From Coprobacillaceae bacterium (GTDB taxonomy: Bacteria; Bacillota_I; Bacilli_A; Erysipelotrichales; Coprobacillaceae): a stretch of DNA of 32,000 bases. Of the stretch, positions 21,403-31,052 are shown piece after piece. The position numbers and the translations under genes are program-made. Each line of letters begins with the position of its first letter. Position 1 is the first letter of the stretch. The notes under the pieces were generated by a model. The model was given only the letters and a program-made list of their open reading frames with translations, did no database searches and was not told where the DNA came from. The DNA lies in the NCBI GenBank assembly GCA_963675915.1, contig OY780959.1, positions 690,001-722,000 of the forward strand, in the 5' to 3' direction.

Positions 21403-22625
21403 TGTTTGATGTTGAAAAAATCCGCCAGGACTTTCCTGTCCTGCAAAATGCAACCATGCAAGGAAAACCGGTTGTTTATCTTGATAATGGAGCGACAACC
21501 CTCAAACCGCAATGTGTCATCGATGCAGTTGTCAACTACTACAGCAATTTAAGTGCCAATGCCCACCGCGGGGATTACGACCTTTCTTTGCAGGTCGATG
21601 AACTTTTTGAAGGAGTCCGCGACAAGGTGGCTAATCTGATCAACTGTGACCGTGATGAAGTCATTTTCACTGCCGGAACGACCGACTCGATCAATATGGT
21701 GGCCTATGGCTACGGTCTCACTCACCTTAAGGGCGAAGATCAGATGCTCCTCAATTTCGGGGAACATGCTTCTAATACGCTGCCTTGGTTCGATGTCTGT
21801 GAACAGACTGGATGCCAACTTGATTATATCGAGTTGGATGATCAGGGTAAGGTCACCCTGGAAAATGTCAAAAAAGCCGTCAAGCCCAATACCCGCCTGG
21901 TGGCGATTGCCCAGGTGACCAATGTGCTAGGCTATGAAATAGATTTAAAAGCGATTATTGAATATCTCCATGAAAAGGATATCGTGGTCGTGGTTGACGG
22001 GGCCCAATCGGTTCCCCACAACCAGGTTGATGTTCAGAAACTCGACGCAGATTTCCTGGCTTTCTCGGCCCACAAGATGTGCGGTCCGACTGGAGTCGGA
22101 GTCCTTTATGGAAAAATGGAACTGCTCGAAGCAATGAAACCAATCCGTTATGGTGGTGGTTCAAATGCCCGTTATGATAAGGAATGCAACCTTAAACTTA
22201 AAGATATTCCGACCCGATTCGAATCAGGGACGCCCAATATTGCCGGAGTGATCGGTTTTGGAGCGGCGATCGACTATCTAAACGAAATCGGTTTTGCGAA
22301 TATCCATGAACATGAAATAAAATTGCGTCAGTACGCAATCGATAAATTGAAACAAATCGACAAGGTTATCATCTACAATCAGGATTCGACCGGACCGATA
22401 GCATTCAATATCAAGGATGTCTTCGCTCAGGATGTCGCATCTCTTTTCAACAAGGAAGGGATTGCGGTTAGAAACGGTAACCACTGTGCGAAAATCCTCG
22501 ACAACTTCCTGGGAGTCAACCAGACTCTTCGGGCAAGTCTGTATTTCTACAATACCTATGAGGATATTGATCGATTTGTAGAAGTCTGCAAGAAAGGAGA
22601 TGACTTTCTCGATGCCTTCTTTTAA
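21402..22625 (+). CDS. sufS: Cysteine desulfurase SufS (class V aminotransferase, group II)
   Basis: PLP-lysine motif FSAHKMCGPTGVGVLYG, active-site-loop region RNGNHCA and N-terminus YLDNGATTLKP. The start overlaps the sufD stop (TAATG). Confidence 0.95.
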   Translation: MFDVEKIRQDFPVLQNATMQGKPVVYLDNGATTLKPQCVIDAVVNYYSNLSANAHRGDYDLSLQVDELFEGVRDKVANLINCDRDEVIFTAGTTDSINMVAYGYGLTHLKGEDQMLLNFGEHASNTLPWFDVCEQTGCQLDYIELDDQGKVTLENVKKAVKPNTRLVAIAQVTNVLGYEIDLKAIIEYLHEKDIVVVVDGAQSVPHNQVDVQKLDADFLAFSAHKMCGPTGVGVLYGKMELLEAMKPIRYGGGSNARYDKECNLKLKDIPTRFESGTPNIAGVIGFGAAIDYLNEIGFANIHEHEIKLRQYAIDKLKQIDKVIIYNQDSTGPIAFNIKDVFAQDVASLFNKEGIAVRNGNHCAKILDNFLGVNQTLRASLYFYNTYEDIDRFVEVCKKGDDFLDAFF

Positions 22626-23043
22626 TGAGGAAGAATTGTACAAGGCGATTATCCTGGACCATTACAAGGATCCGCGAAATCACAACCTTGTCGATGATGA
22701 AAACTATAAGCAAGTAAATATGGATTCGGCTACCTGTATCGATAATATCGATATCCAGCTGCTGATGGATGGTGATGTGATCAAGGATATCCGTTTCGAC
22801 GGAGAAGCCTGTGCCATCTCGACCGCTTCAACTTCAATCATGACTGAATTGCTGATTGGCAAAACCCGTGAAGAAGCTCAAGTCATAATCGATAATTTCA
22901 ACAATATGATTTTTGAACGCGATTATGATGAAGATGTGATCGAAGAGGCGATTGCCTTCAAGAACACCCATAAGCAGGCCAGCCGGATCAAATGTGCAAC
23001 CATTGGCTGGAATGGAATCGAAAAGTTGCTAAACGAGAAATAG
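22612..23043 (+). CDS. sufU: Zinc-dependent sulfurtransferase SufU
   Basis: MPSFNEEELYKAIILDHYKDPRNHN aligns by eye with the B. subtilis SufU N-terminus. Three conserved Cys contexts (ATCIDNI, GEACAIS, RIKCATIGW). The track's start at 22600 adds 4 aa and overlaps the SD. Confidence 0.9.
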   Translation: MPSFNEEELYKAIILDHYKDPRNHNLVDDENYKQVNMDSATCIDNIDIQLLMDGDVIKDIRFDGEACAISTASTSIMTELLIGKTREEAQVIIDNFNNMIFERDYDEDVIEEAIAFKNTHKQASRIKCATIGWNGIEKLLNEK

Positions 23044-23052
23044 GTGGTAAAT

Positions 23053-24459
23053 ATGGAAAACGAAGAAAACAAGATCCCATTTGAAACCGAAGATTTCGGC
23101 GCGGCTGATGAGGTAGACAATTATTACACTTCGATAAGGGGACTTAAAGAAGAAGTAGTGATTGAAATGTCGAAAATCAAAGGTGAACCCGAATGGATGC
23201 TGGAGTATCGTTTAAAAGCGTTACGTAAATTCAAGGAGATGCCAATGCCCACTTGGGGTGTTGATCTGAGTGAATTGGATTTTGAAGATTACATTTATTA
23301 TATCAAACCGTCGGAACGTCAGACGGATAAATGGGAAGATGTACCTGACACAATCAAAGATACATTCGACCGTTTGGGGCTGCCGGAGGCGGAACAAAAA
23401 TTCCTGGCCGGGGTTTCCACTCAATACGAATCGGAAGTTGTCTATCACAACATGATTGAAGAGTTGAATGAAAAAGGCGTGGTCTTTTTGGATACCGACT
23501 CGGGACTTAAACAATATCCGGAACTGTTCAAAAAATACTTCGATACGGTAATTCCGTATACTGACAACAAGTTCTCGGCTTTAAACGGAGCTTTCTGGTC
23601 GGGCGGATCATTTGTCTATGTTCCACCGGGAGTGAGTCTTGACAAGCCGATTCAATCATATTTTAGAATCAATACCGAAAGTTCGGGGCAGTTTGAAAGA
23701 ACCTTGATCATCGTTGATGAAGGGGCGGACATCCATTATGTCGAAGGCTGCACCGCACCGGCATTCTCGAAGGATGCCTTGCATTCGGGAGTTGTGGAAA
23801 TCGTGGTGCTTGACAACGCCAAGTGCCGTTATACGACGATCCAGAACTGGTCGCACAACATCCTCAACCTGGTAACCCAAAGAGCGAAGGTAGGAACCAA
23901 TGCTTCGATGGAATGGGTTGATGGTAATATCGGTAGTGGCAAGACCATGAAATATCCTTGCTGCGTCTTGGCTGGTGACAATTCCAAGGGAAGTGCCATC
24001 ACCGTAGCTGTGGCCCGTCAGGGTCAGGTGATCGACTCGGGAGCGAAAATGATCCACTTAGGCAAGAATACTGCCAGTACGATTATCTCCAAATCAATTG
24101 CCTTAAACGGCGGTAAAGCCAACTATCGGGGTCTGGTCCGTCATAATCCGACCGCCCACAAGGCCAAGACCAAAGTCGAGTGTGATACGATGATCATTGA
24201 TGCGATTTCGACTTCGGACACCTTGCCGACCAACCTGTCCTTGAATGATGATTCGATCATTGAACATGAAGCGACAGTTTCCAAGATTTCCGAAGAACAG
24301 CTGTTCTATTTGATGTCAAGAGGACTGAGTGAAGCCCAGGCGTCGGAAATGATCGTCATGGGATTCATCGAACCGTTCTCAAGGGAACTGCCGATGGAAT
24401 ATGCAGTTGAACTTAACCAACTGATCAAGATGGACTTTGGAGACAGTAAAATTGGATAA
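23053..24459 (+). CDS. sufB: Fe-S cluster assembly scaffold SufB
   Basis: AGGTGG lies 5 nt before ATG 23053. The sequence is SufB-like throughout, e.g. [44 protein letters not shown]. Confidence 0.95.
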   Translation: MENEENKIPFETEDFGAADEVDNYYTSIRGLKEEVVIEMSKIKGEPEWMLEYRLKALRKFKEMPMPTWGVDLSELDFEDYIYYIKPSERQTDKWEDVPDTIKDTFDRLGLPEAEQKFLAGVSTQYESEVVYHNMIEELNEKGVVFLDTDSGLKQYPELFKKYFDTVIPYTDNKFSALNGAFWSGGSFVYVPPGVSLDKPIQSYFRINTESSGQFERTLIIVDEGADIHYVEGCTAPAFSKDALHSGVVEIVVLDNAKCRYTTIQNWSHNILNLVTQRAKVGTNASMEWVDGNIGSGKTMKYPCCVLAGDNSKGSAITVAVARQGQVIDSGAKMIHLGKNTASTIISKSIALNGGKANYRGLVRHNPTAHKAKTKVECDTMIIDAISTSDTLPTNLSLNDDSIIEHEATVSKISEEQLFYLMSRGLSEAQASEMIVMGFIEPFSRELPMEYAVELNQLIKMDFGDSKIG

Positions 24460-24985
24460 GACTGCCATTCGCAAAGAAATGTCCAAGCGGCGTTTATCAA
24501 TGCCGGCTGCTACTTACCAGGAATTATCGGATTTGATTTTCACCAAGGTGATCAATGATGAAAATTTCAAAAGGGCTCAACATCTCGGTTTGTATGTCAG
24601 CTTCAGAAATGAAGTCGAAACCCGCCAAATCATCAGATATTGTCTTGAAAACGGCAAACGAGTCAGCGTGCCACGGGTTTTGGGCGAAACGATGGAATTT
24701 TTCGAAATTGACAGTGTCGCCCAATTGGAAAGTGGTTTTGCCACAATCCTCGAGCCGACGACCAAGCAAATGACGGAAAAAAACGAAATGGACATCATTT
24801 ATGTGCCGATGCTGGCCTACGACAAAACGCTTAACCGGATCGGTTATGGCAAAGGATTTTATGACAAATACCTGAAGGGTTATTCCAACCTGACAATCGG
24901 GCTGGCATTTTCCTTCCAGGAAATAGATTATATCGAAACAAATAACTTTGATTTTCCTCTGGATTTCATTTATAATGAACTCTAG
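24452..24985 (+). CDS. 5-formyltetrahydrofolate cyclo-ligase
   Basis: KTAIRKEM N-terminus and the C-terminal [24 protein letters not shown] motif. The start is TTG 24452 (GGAGA 8 nt upstream) or TTG 24437. Either overlaps the sufB 3' end. Confidence 0.85.
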   Translation: MDKTAIRKEMSKRRLSMPAATYQELSDLIFTKVINDENFKRAQHLGLYVSFRNEVETRQIIRYCLENGKRVSVPRVLGETMEFFEIDSVAQLESGFATILEPTTKQMTEKNEMDIIYVPMLAYDKTLNRIGYGKGFYDKYLKGYSNLTIGLAFSFQEIDYIETNNFDFPLDFIYNEL

Positions 24986-24997
24986 AGGAAATTTTTT

Positions 24998-26407
24998 ATG
25001 TCTAGAGAAAAGAAACTGTTATTTAATTCATTCATATTAGTATTGGGGACCTTTTTGCCCCGATTAATCAACTTTTTTACAACTCCATTAATTACTGCAA
25101 ACACGACCACTTTGGGATATGATACAATTACATTGACAACATCAACTGTTATTTCGATGATTGTACCGGTTATCTCGATGCAGATCGAGCAGGCAATCTA
25201 TCGTTTTTTGATTGATGCCAAGTCGGCTGACGAACAAAAAACAGCGATCACCACGGGGATTAGTTATATCTTTGCCATCATGGCGGTTGTGATTATCGTG
25301 GGAACTCTGCTTCCAATCCCGGTTTTTGGCGGCGTTTGGAAACTGGTCCTGATTGTTTACGTCTTGAGTGAAATCATGGCCTGTCAGTCCCGATTCGTTC
25401 TGCGCGGCTTTAGCAAGTATCGCCAATATTCTTTCCAGGCGGCTTTGATTGTCATTCTTAACTTTGTTTTCATTTTGATTACCCTGGTTGGGTTTGATCT
25501 TGGATATGGCGGAGTCGTTCTGTCATTAACGCTTGCCAATGTTTTCGGGATTCTTTATGTCGTGCTCACAGGTAAAATTTATCAATACTATCGCTTTAAA
25601 TATTTCAATGGCGATATTCTTAAAAAAATGCTTCAGTACAGTTTTCCGTTTTTGCCAAATAACATCGCCTGGTATATCAATACCACTTCAGACCGTTGGT
25701 TGTTGAAAATCTTTGTCGGCGGAGGAGCGGCGGGAATCTACCAAGCCAGCAACATCATTCCTTCATTGGTCAATCTGATTTATCCAGCCTTCAATATGGC
25801 CTGGATGGAATCAGCTATCAAAAGTGTTGATGATGATGATCGGGAAATTTATTACCGGAAAATGTTCAGGATTTTGTTCAGGCTTCTGGCGGCGGGATCG
25901 GTGGCTTTGATGATTATCGCGCCTTTACTTTATCGGATCCTGATTCGCAATAGCGAACTTTATGAGGGATTTGTCTATACATCGCTGCTGATTGGGGCGG
26001 TCTTTATTTACAGTCTGGCCCAGTTTTTGGGAAGCATTTATGTAGCTTTGAAAAAGACTCGCAATATGACCATTTCGACAACCATTTCCGCTGTGATCAA
26101 TGCTTTGATCAACTTGGCGTTAATGCCGTTTTTCGGATTTGAGATTGCGGTCTATTCGACCTTCATTTCCAATGCATCATTGCTGGCGTACCGGGTTTAT
26201 GATTTGAACCGTAATTCGATGGTGCTGACCATCAAGCCAAGACAGATAATTTTTACCGTCGTGACGATGCTGATTGTCGGTTATGCGATGGTCTCAACCA
26301 ACCTGATTTTCATTGCTGTCGGGGTGGTAGCTGGATTGTTTTTCATCTATGTAATGGCCTTGGATCTGATTATTGATTTTGTCAAAAAGGTCCTTAAAAT
26401 CAACTAA
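24998..26407 (+). CDS. MOP-superfamily (Wzx-like) oligosaccharide/polysaccharide flippase
   Basis: 469 aa with about 14 TM segments. The N-terminus KKLLFNSFILVLGTFLPRLINFFTTPLIT is typical of the polysaccharide biosynthesis protein family. Substrate unknown. Confidence 0.6.
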   Translation: MSREKKLLFNSFILVLGTFLPRLINFFTTPLITANTTTLGYDTITLTTSTVISMIVPVISMQIEQAIYRFLIDAKSADEQKTAITTGISYIFAIMAVVIIVGTLLPIPVFGGVWKLVLIVYVLSEIMACQSRFVLRGFSKYRQYSFQAALIVILNFVFILITLVGFDLGYGGVVLSLTLANVFGILYVVLTGKIYQYYRFKYFNGDILKKMLQYSFPFLPNNIAWYINTTSDRWLLKIFVGGGAAGIYQASNIIPSLVNLIYPAFNMAWMESAIKSVDDDDREIYYRKMFRILFRLLAAGSVALMIIAPLLYRILIRNSELYEGFVYTSLLIGAVFIYSLAQFLGSIYVALKKTRNMTISTTISAVINALINLALMPFFGFEIAVYSTFISNASLLAYRVYDLNRNSMVLTIKPRQIIFTVVTMLIVGYAMVSTNLIFIAVGVVAGLFFIYVMALDLIIDFVKKVLKIN

Positions 26408-26414
26408 ATTTCAT

Positions 26415-26441
26415 GAGAGTCCAGTGGGACTCTCTTTTTTT
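26415..26441 (+). terminator. Rho-independent terminator ending the suf-flippase transcription unit
   Basis: GAGAGTCC, loop AGTG, GGACTCTC, then TTTTTTT. Confidence 0.88.
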
Positions 26442-26503
26442 AGCTTCATTTGCCCCAAATAATCAAATGAAAGGCGTTACATTTTACTAAATATGAATAT
26501 AAG

Positions 26504-26532
26504 TTGTTATCTGAGTATATTTATGTTATTAT
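26504..26532 (+). promoter_or_regulatory. Putative promoter of the SulP transporter gene
   Basis: TTGTTA (26504-26509), 17-nt spacer, TATTAT (26527-26532) with an extended TG (TGTTATTAT). SD AAGGAG precedes ATG 26563. Confidence 0.5.
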
Positions 26533-26562
26533 CTAAACCATACTGATAAATAAGGAGTTAAG

Positions 26563-28077
26563 ATGAATATATTAAAAGAGAAATTAGACAAGTCTTTTAA
26601 AGACAACGTTCTTTCAGGGGTTACTGTCGCATTGGCATTGGTTCCTGAAGCGATCGCATTTTCATTTGTTGCCGGTGTTGATCCGGTAATTGGATTATTT
26701 ACAGCTTTCATAATTGGTTTGATTACTGCAACGCTAGGTGGCCGTCCTGGAATGATTTCCGGAGCGACTGGAGCAATTGCGGTTGTAACTGCTGGATTGG
26801 TAGTCACTCATGGAGTTGAGTATCTTTTTGCGGCAGTTATCCTGATGGGGCTATTGCAGGTGCTCGCCGGAGTATTCAAGCTTGGTAAACTGGTTCGGAT
26901 GATTCCTCATCCGGTTATGATCGGATTTGTCAACGGCCTGGCTATCGTTATTTTCCTGGCTCAGATGGAACACTTCAAAGTCGGTGAACATTGGATGGCA
27001 ACCGGTGATTTACTGGTTATGGGTGGACTGATTGCCCTGACAATGGGGATTATCAAACTATTCCCAAAAGTTACCAAAGCCGTACCGGCTACTCTTGTTT
27101 CGATTTTAGCGACAACAGTCCTGGTTGTAGCTTTGAATATCGATACCAGAACAGTAGGGGATCTCGCCAACATTTCCGGTGGAATTCCTGGTATTTCAAT
27201 TCCAAACGTAGCTTTAAGTTTTGAAATGCTTAGCATCATCTTCCCATATTCTTTGATTATGGCGATTGTCGGATTGACTGAGTCATTGATGACCTTGACA
27301 CTGATTGATGATATTACCAATACCAAAGGAGACAGCAACAAAGAGTGTGTCGGACAAGGTATTGCGAACATCGTTTGTGGATTGTTCGGTGGTATGGGTG
27401 GCTGTGCCATGATTGGTCAAAGTATGCTTAACATCAAATCCGGAGGAACTAAGCGTCTTTCAGGAATTGCAGCATCACTGGGATTATTGGCCATCATCTT
27501 GTTTGCATCTAACCTGATTTCCATGATTCCAATGGCGGCCTTGGTAGGGATCATGTTCATTGTAGTTATTGCGACTTTTGAATGGACATCATTATTCAAA
27601 TTGAAACAAATTCCTAGAAGCGATGCTTTGGTGATTATTGTTGTTTCATCTGTGACTGTATTTACCAATCTTGCGGTTTCGGTAGTAATCGGCATTGTTC
27701 TTTCAGCCTTGGTATTCGCTTGGGAAAAAGGTAAGAAAATCGAATCTACTGTTGCCAGAAGTGTTGATAATAAAAAAGTTTACCATCTTAATGGTCCACT
27801 TTTCTTTGCATCGGTAAAAAGCTTCAATGAACTTTTCGATGTTGAAAACGATCCGGAAGCAGTTATTATCGATTTCACCAATACCAAAGTCCATGACCAT
27901 TCGGCAATTGAAGCGATTGACCAATTGGCGGGCAAATATTCCCGTTACGGTAAGGAAATCTACCTGATCAACCTTTCACATGATTGTGCGAACGTAATTA
28001 ATAATGCTCACTATGTCAACGTAAATATCGTTGAAAATTGTGATAAGCACAAACTTAACAGCGAATATGTATTATAA
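26563..28077 (+). CDS. SulP family inorganic anion transporter with C-terminal STAS domain
   Basis: 504 aa. N-terminus DNVLSGVTVALALVPEAIAFSFVAGV, a polytopic core, and a C-terminal STAS-like region (VYHLNGPLFFASVKSF...DHSAIEAIDQL). Confidence 0.88.
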   Translation: MNILKEKLDKSFKDNVLSGVTVALALVPEAIAFSFVAGVDPVIGLFTAFIIGLITATLGGRPGMISGATGAIAVVTAGLVVTHGVEYLFAAVILMGLLQVLAGVFKLGKLVRMIPHPVMIGFVNGLAIVIFLAQMEHFKVGEHWMATGDLLVMGGLIALTMGIIKLFPKVTKAVPATLVSILATTVLVVALNIDTRTVGDLANISGGIPGISIPNVALSFEMLSIIFPYSLIMAIVGLTESLMTLTLIDDITNTKGDSNKECVGQGIANIVCGLFGGMGGCAMIGQSMLNIKSGGTKRLSGIAASLGLLAIILFASNLISMIPMAALVGIMFIVVIATFEWTSLFKLKQIPRSDALVIIVVSSVTVFTNLAVSVVIGIVLSALVFAWEKGKKIESTVARSVDNKKVYHLNGPLFFASVKSFNELFDVENDPEAVIIDFTNTKVHDHSAIEAIDQLAGKYSRYGKEIYLINLSHDCANVINNAHYVNVNIVENCDKHKLNSEYVL

Positions 28078-28078
28078 T

Positions 28079-28107
28079 AAAAACGAGGATAGAATCCTCG
28101 TTTTTTG
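28079..28107 (+). terminator. Rho-independent terminator after the SulP gene
   Basis: AAAAACGAGGAT, loop AGA, ATCCTCGTTTTTT. Confidence 0.85.
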
Positions 28108-28120
28108 TGTGTTATGACAA

Positions 28121-28152
28121 AGAAAAAAAGTGATAAACAGGCGGTTTATCAC
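28121..28152 (-). terminator. Terminator of the tRNA operon
   Basis: Minus strand: GTGATAAAC, loop CGCCT, GTTTATCAC, then TTTTTTT. Confidence 0.75.
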
Positions 28153-28205
28153 TTTAATATAAGTTTATAAAATTTTAGGTAAAATCAATACCGATAAAAG
28201 TTAAA

Positions 28206-28281
28206 TGGTGACCCGCAGGCGACTCGAACGCCTGACCCTCTGATTAAAAGTCAGATGCTCTACCAACTGAGCTAGCGGGTC
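28206..28281 (-). tRNA. tRNA-Lys (anticodon UUU)
   Basis: The reverse complement GACCCGCTAGCTCAGTTGGTAGAGCATCTGACTTTTAATCAGAGGGTCAGGCGTTCGAGTCGCCTGCGGGTCACCA folds as a cloverleaf. CCA is encoded. Confidence 0.93.
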
Positions 28282-28286
28282 AAAAA

Positions 28287-28362
28287 TGGCTGGGGTACCT
28301 GGATTCGAACCAGGGAAATGACAGAGTCAAAGTCTGTTGCCTTACCGCTTGGCTATACCCCA
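28287..28362 (-). tRNA. tRNA-Gln (anticodon UUG)
   Basis: Reverse complement TGGGGTATAGCCAAGCGGTAAGGCAACAGACTTTGACTCTGTCATTTCCCTGGTTCGAATCCAGGTACCCCAGCCA. CCA is encoded. Confidence 0.9.
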
Positions 28363-28371
28363 ATAAAAAAA

Positions 28372-28455
28372 TGGTGGAGGAGGGCGGATTCGAACCACCG
28401 AACCGAAAGGAACTGAGTTACAGTCAGCCGCGTTTGGCCACTTCGCTACTCCTCC
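28372..28455 (-). tRNA. tRNA-Tyr (anticodon GUA), long variable arm
   Basis: Reverse complement GGAGGAGTAGCGAAGTGGCCAAACGCGGCTGACTGTAACTCAGTTCCTTTCGGTTCGGTGGTTCGAATCCGCCCTCCTCCACCA. Confidence 0.92.
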
Positions 28456-28460
28456 GTATA

Positions 28461-28536
<76 letters not shown>

Positions 28537-28549
28537 ATTAAAAATAAAA

Positions 28550-28625
28550 TGGTGGAGGTTAACGGGCTCGAACCGCTGACCCTCTGCTTGTAAGGCAGAT
28601 GCTCTCCCAACTGAGCTAAACCTCC
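28550..28625 (-). tRNA. tRNA-Val (anticodon UAC)
   Basis: Reverse complement GGAGGTTTAGCTCAGTTGGGAGAGCATCTGCCTTACAAGCAGAGGGTCAGCGGTTCGAGCCCGTTAACCTCCACCA. Confidence 0.93.
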
Positions 28626-28643
28626 ACTTGTCAGTGCCTATTT

Positions 28644-28672
28644 ATAATAACAAAATCCTTCTTTCGTGTCAA
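28644..28672 (-). promoter_or_regulatory. Consensus-like promoter of the tRNA operon
   Basis: Minus strand: TTGACA (28667-28672), 17-nt spacer ending in TGT, TATTAT (28644-28649). This gives an extended -10, about 18 nt upstream of tRNA-Val. Confidence 0.7.
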
Positions 28673-28796
28673 CAATTTTCCAGGAGAAATCTCGAGTTTT
28701 CTTGGAAAAAATCCCAACCCATTTGCGTTAGCTTGGCAGCTGTCAAATGGTGTTGATTTTCTCGAGTGACGGGTTATATAGTTTCTTTATGGAAAT

Positions 28797-28838
28797 AAAA
28801 AAAGCGTGGTGTCAAAGTGATCCTCTGACAGCCACGGC
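28797..28838 (-). terminator. Terminator after pgi
   Basis: Minus strand: imperfect stem GCCGTGGCTGTCA ... TGACACCACGC with two bulged C, followed by TTTTTTT. Confidence 0.65.
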
Positions 28839-28844
28839 TTTATA

Positions 28845-30125
28845 TTAGCATCCAGGTTTTCCTAAAAGTTTGAACATGTTTGCTTTGTAAACTTCAACAC
28901 CAGGTTGGTTGAATGGATTTACTCCTAAGAAGTAGCAGCTCATACCGCAAGATAATTCGAAGAAATAAACCATGTATCCAAATCCATAAGCATCCATTTT
29001 TTCAAGGTTAACTAAGATGTTTGGCACGTTACCAGTTTCAACGTGAGCATCGATAGTTCCTTCGCAAGCTTTTTTGTTTACATAGTCAACTGATTTACCA
29101 GCAAGGTAGTTCAGGTTGTCAAGGTTACCTTCATCGCTAGGGATTTCGATATCCAAAGCTGGTTGTTCAACTTGAAGGATTGTTTCATACAATACTTTTG
29201 AACCATCTTGAACGAATTGACCAAGTGAGTGCAGGTCAGTTGAGAAAGTTCCTGAAGTAGGTAAGATACCTTTTTCATCTTTACCTTCTGATTCACCGTA
29301 TAATTGTTTCCACCATTCAGCAACCATTGCCAATTGTAATTCGTAAGTTACGAACATTTCAGCAGTGTATCCTTGTTTAGCCAATAATTGACGGGCAACA
29401 CCATAACGGTAAGCATCATTTGTGTTGATATCTGCATCATCATATTTTTTGCAGGCATCCAAAGCACCTTGCAGCATTGCATCGATATCGATACCTGCCA
29501 TTGCAATCGGGAATAAACCTACAGCTGTAAGAACTGAGAAACGACCACCAACGTTGTCAGGGATGACGAATGTAGTATATCCTTCTTCAGTAGCCAAAGT
29601 TTTTAAAGCTCCGCGAGCTTTATCAGTAGTAGCGACGATTCTTTCACGAGCCATTTCTTTACCTTTAGCTTTTTCCAGCATTTCTTTGAAAATTCTAAAT
29701 GAGATAGAAGTTTCTGTAGTTGTACCAGATTTTGAGATTACATTGATTGCGAATTCTTTATCTTTTACATATTCTGCCACTTGTTTGATGTAAGTAGATG
29801 AGAAAGTGTTACCAACGTAAATGATTTCCATTTTGTCTGATCCGTAAAGTCCATTGACAGCATCGATTGCCGCACGAGCTCCCAAATAAGATCCACCGAT
29901 ACCACAAACCAATAATACATCTACTTCTTCTCTTAATTTAGCAGCTGTTTTCTTGATCAGTTCCACTTCAGCTTTGTCATGATCTTCAGGTAAAGTAAGC
30001 CATCCTAAGAAATCACTACCAGCTCCGGTTCCTTCCTTAAGCATTGCATGAACGTCTGCAACCTTTTGAGCGTAGTCAGACAAATCTTCAGTTAATTTTG
30101 CTTTTGATAAATCTAAACTTATCAT
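28845..30125 (-). CDS. pgi: Glucose-6-phosphate isomerase (short Bacillota-type PGI)
   Basis: 426 aa with [46 protein letters not shown] and LYGESEGK motifs. The start ATG overlaps the upstream gene's TGA (ATGA). Confidence 0.95.
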   Translation of the reverse strand: MISLDLSKAKLTEDLSDYAQKVADVHAMLKEGTGAGSDFLGWLTLPEDHDKAEVELIKKTAAKLREEVDVLLVCGIGGSYLGARAAIDAVNGLYGSDKMEIIYVGNTFSSTYIKQVAEYVKDKEFAINVISKSGTTTETSISFRIFKEMLEKAKGKEMARERIVATTDKARGALKTLATEEGYTTFVIPDNVGGRFSVLTAVGLFPIAMAGIDIDAMLQGALDACKKYDDADINTNDAYRYGVARQLLAKQGYTAEMFVTYELQLAMVAEWWKQLYGESEGKDEKGILPTSGTFSTDLHSLGQFVQDGSKVLYETILQVEQPALDIEIPSDEGNLDNLNYLAGKSVDYVNKKACEGTIDAHVETGNVPNILVNLEKMDAYGFGYMVYFFELSCGMSCYFLGVNPFNQPGVEVYKANMFKLLGKPGC

Positions 30126-30496
30126 TTTTTTTCCTCCACTATTCCTTGTTCAATCCAGTCGTCTAAAAGCGCTGCCAATGAGGAGAATCCTTTTGGCGTT
30201 TCTTTTATCAAACGTCTCGGGTTTTTATAGTATACGCGATTAGACCGACGGGTACGGCGGTTGACCGCTTTAAGACTCAATTTGGCATGACCATCTTTGT
30301 CAAAATCCAGTACTTTGACTTTGACGGTATCATCGACTTTGACATATTTCTCGATTGATTTGACAAACTTGTCGGAAATCTCGGAAATATGAATCAATCC
30401 AGTAGAATTGTCAGGTAACAAAGCAAATGCTCCATAGGGTTGAATGCCGGTTATCTTGACTTCGATGATGCTGCCTCTTTTAATTGTCGTATCCAT
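30122..30496 (-). CDS. yugI: S1 RNA-binding domain protein, YugI/GSP13 (CvfD)-like
   Basis: SD AAGGAGG lies 6 nt before ATG 30496, so the track's TTG 30514 is unlikely. S1 fold [20 protein letters not shown]...[13 protein letters not shown]. The basic linker and [15 protein letters not shown] tail parallel B. subtilis YugI, which also lies near pgi. Confidence 0.8.
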   Translation of the reverse strand: MDTTIKRGSIIEVKITGIQPYGAFALLPDNSTGLIHISEISDKFVKSIEKYVKVDDTVKVKVLDFDKDGHAKLSLKAVNRRTRRSNRVYYKNPRRLIKETPKGFSSLAALLDDWIEQGIVEEKK

Positions 30497-30513
30497 ATAA
30501 ACCTCCTTTGGCA

Positions 30514-30542
30514 ATTATATCATATTCCCTTAGGCATATGAA
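30514..30542 (-). promoter_or_regulatory. Possible extended -10 promoter for yugI-pgi
   Basis: Minus strand: TTCATA, 17-nt spacer ending in TGA, TATAAT (30514-30519). The implied leader is very short because the transcript would start at or next to the SD. Confidence 0.4.
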
Positions 30543-30580
30543 TATTTTTTCATAAAAGAAAATTAAATTTTGTTTGGACA

Positions 30581-30604
30581 CGAAAAAAAGGGGCAAGGCC
30601 CCTT
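30581..30604 (-). terminator. Terminator after the GAF/fRMsr gene
   Basis: Minus strand: AAGGGGC, loop CTT, GCCCCTT, then TTTTT. The stem overlaps the TAA stop. Confidence 0.75.
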
Positions 30605-31052
30605 ATTCACATTTCAATAGTTGTTTTTTCAATATTTCAACCAGCTCGGTCATTGTATTTTCGGTCTGTTTGTCGAAGCGGTTAAACTCGATTGAATCGA
30701 GATCAAGCGCTCCGATTCCAGTATCGTCCAGATAAATCGGCAACACCAGTTCGCTGTTGGTAGCACTGTCGCAGGCAATATGGTCCGAAAACACGTGGAC
30801 GTCGGGGACATTGAGGATTTCATTGGCTGAAAAACTCGCCCCGCAGACTCCGCGGTTTAAACTGATTTTGGTGCAGGCCACTTTGCCCTGGAACGGTCCC
30901 AGATGAAGTTCGTCGTTTTTGACGAGGTAGAATCCGGCCCACGAGATATTCTCGAAACTATGATAAATGAAGGCGCAGGTATTGGCATAGAGCGTTATCT
31001 TATCGTCAATATCCTCAATCAGCGCTTCGTATTGGGTTAACAGTAAATTCAT
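30603..31052 (-). CDS. msrC: GAF-domain free methionine-(R)-sulfoxide reductase (fRMsr, YebR/MsrC family)
   Basis: 149 aa. WAGFYLV...LHLGPFQGKVACTKISLNRGVCGASF...VPDVHVFSDHIACDSATNSELVLPI matches the fRMsr signature, including the conserved Cys residues. Confidence 0.85.
   Translation of the reverse strand: MNLLLTQYEALIEDIDDKITLYANTCAFIYHSFENISWAGFYLVKNDELHLGPFQGKVACTKISLNRGVCGASFSANEILNVPDVHVFSDHIACDSATNSELVLPIYLDDTGIGALDLDSIEFNRFDKQTENTMTELVEILKKQLLKCE

Noticed and set aside
28686-28796. Small ORFs (17 and 32 codons) and two CTCGAG-containing segments between the tRNA promoter and the pgi terminator
   Set aside because: They have no SD. The two segments are not complementary to each other (TTTT against TTTT). 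The region is best read as plain intergenic spacer.
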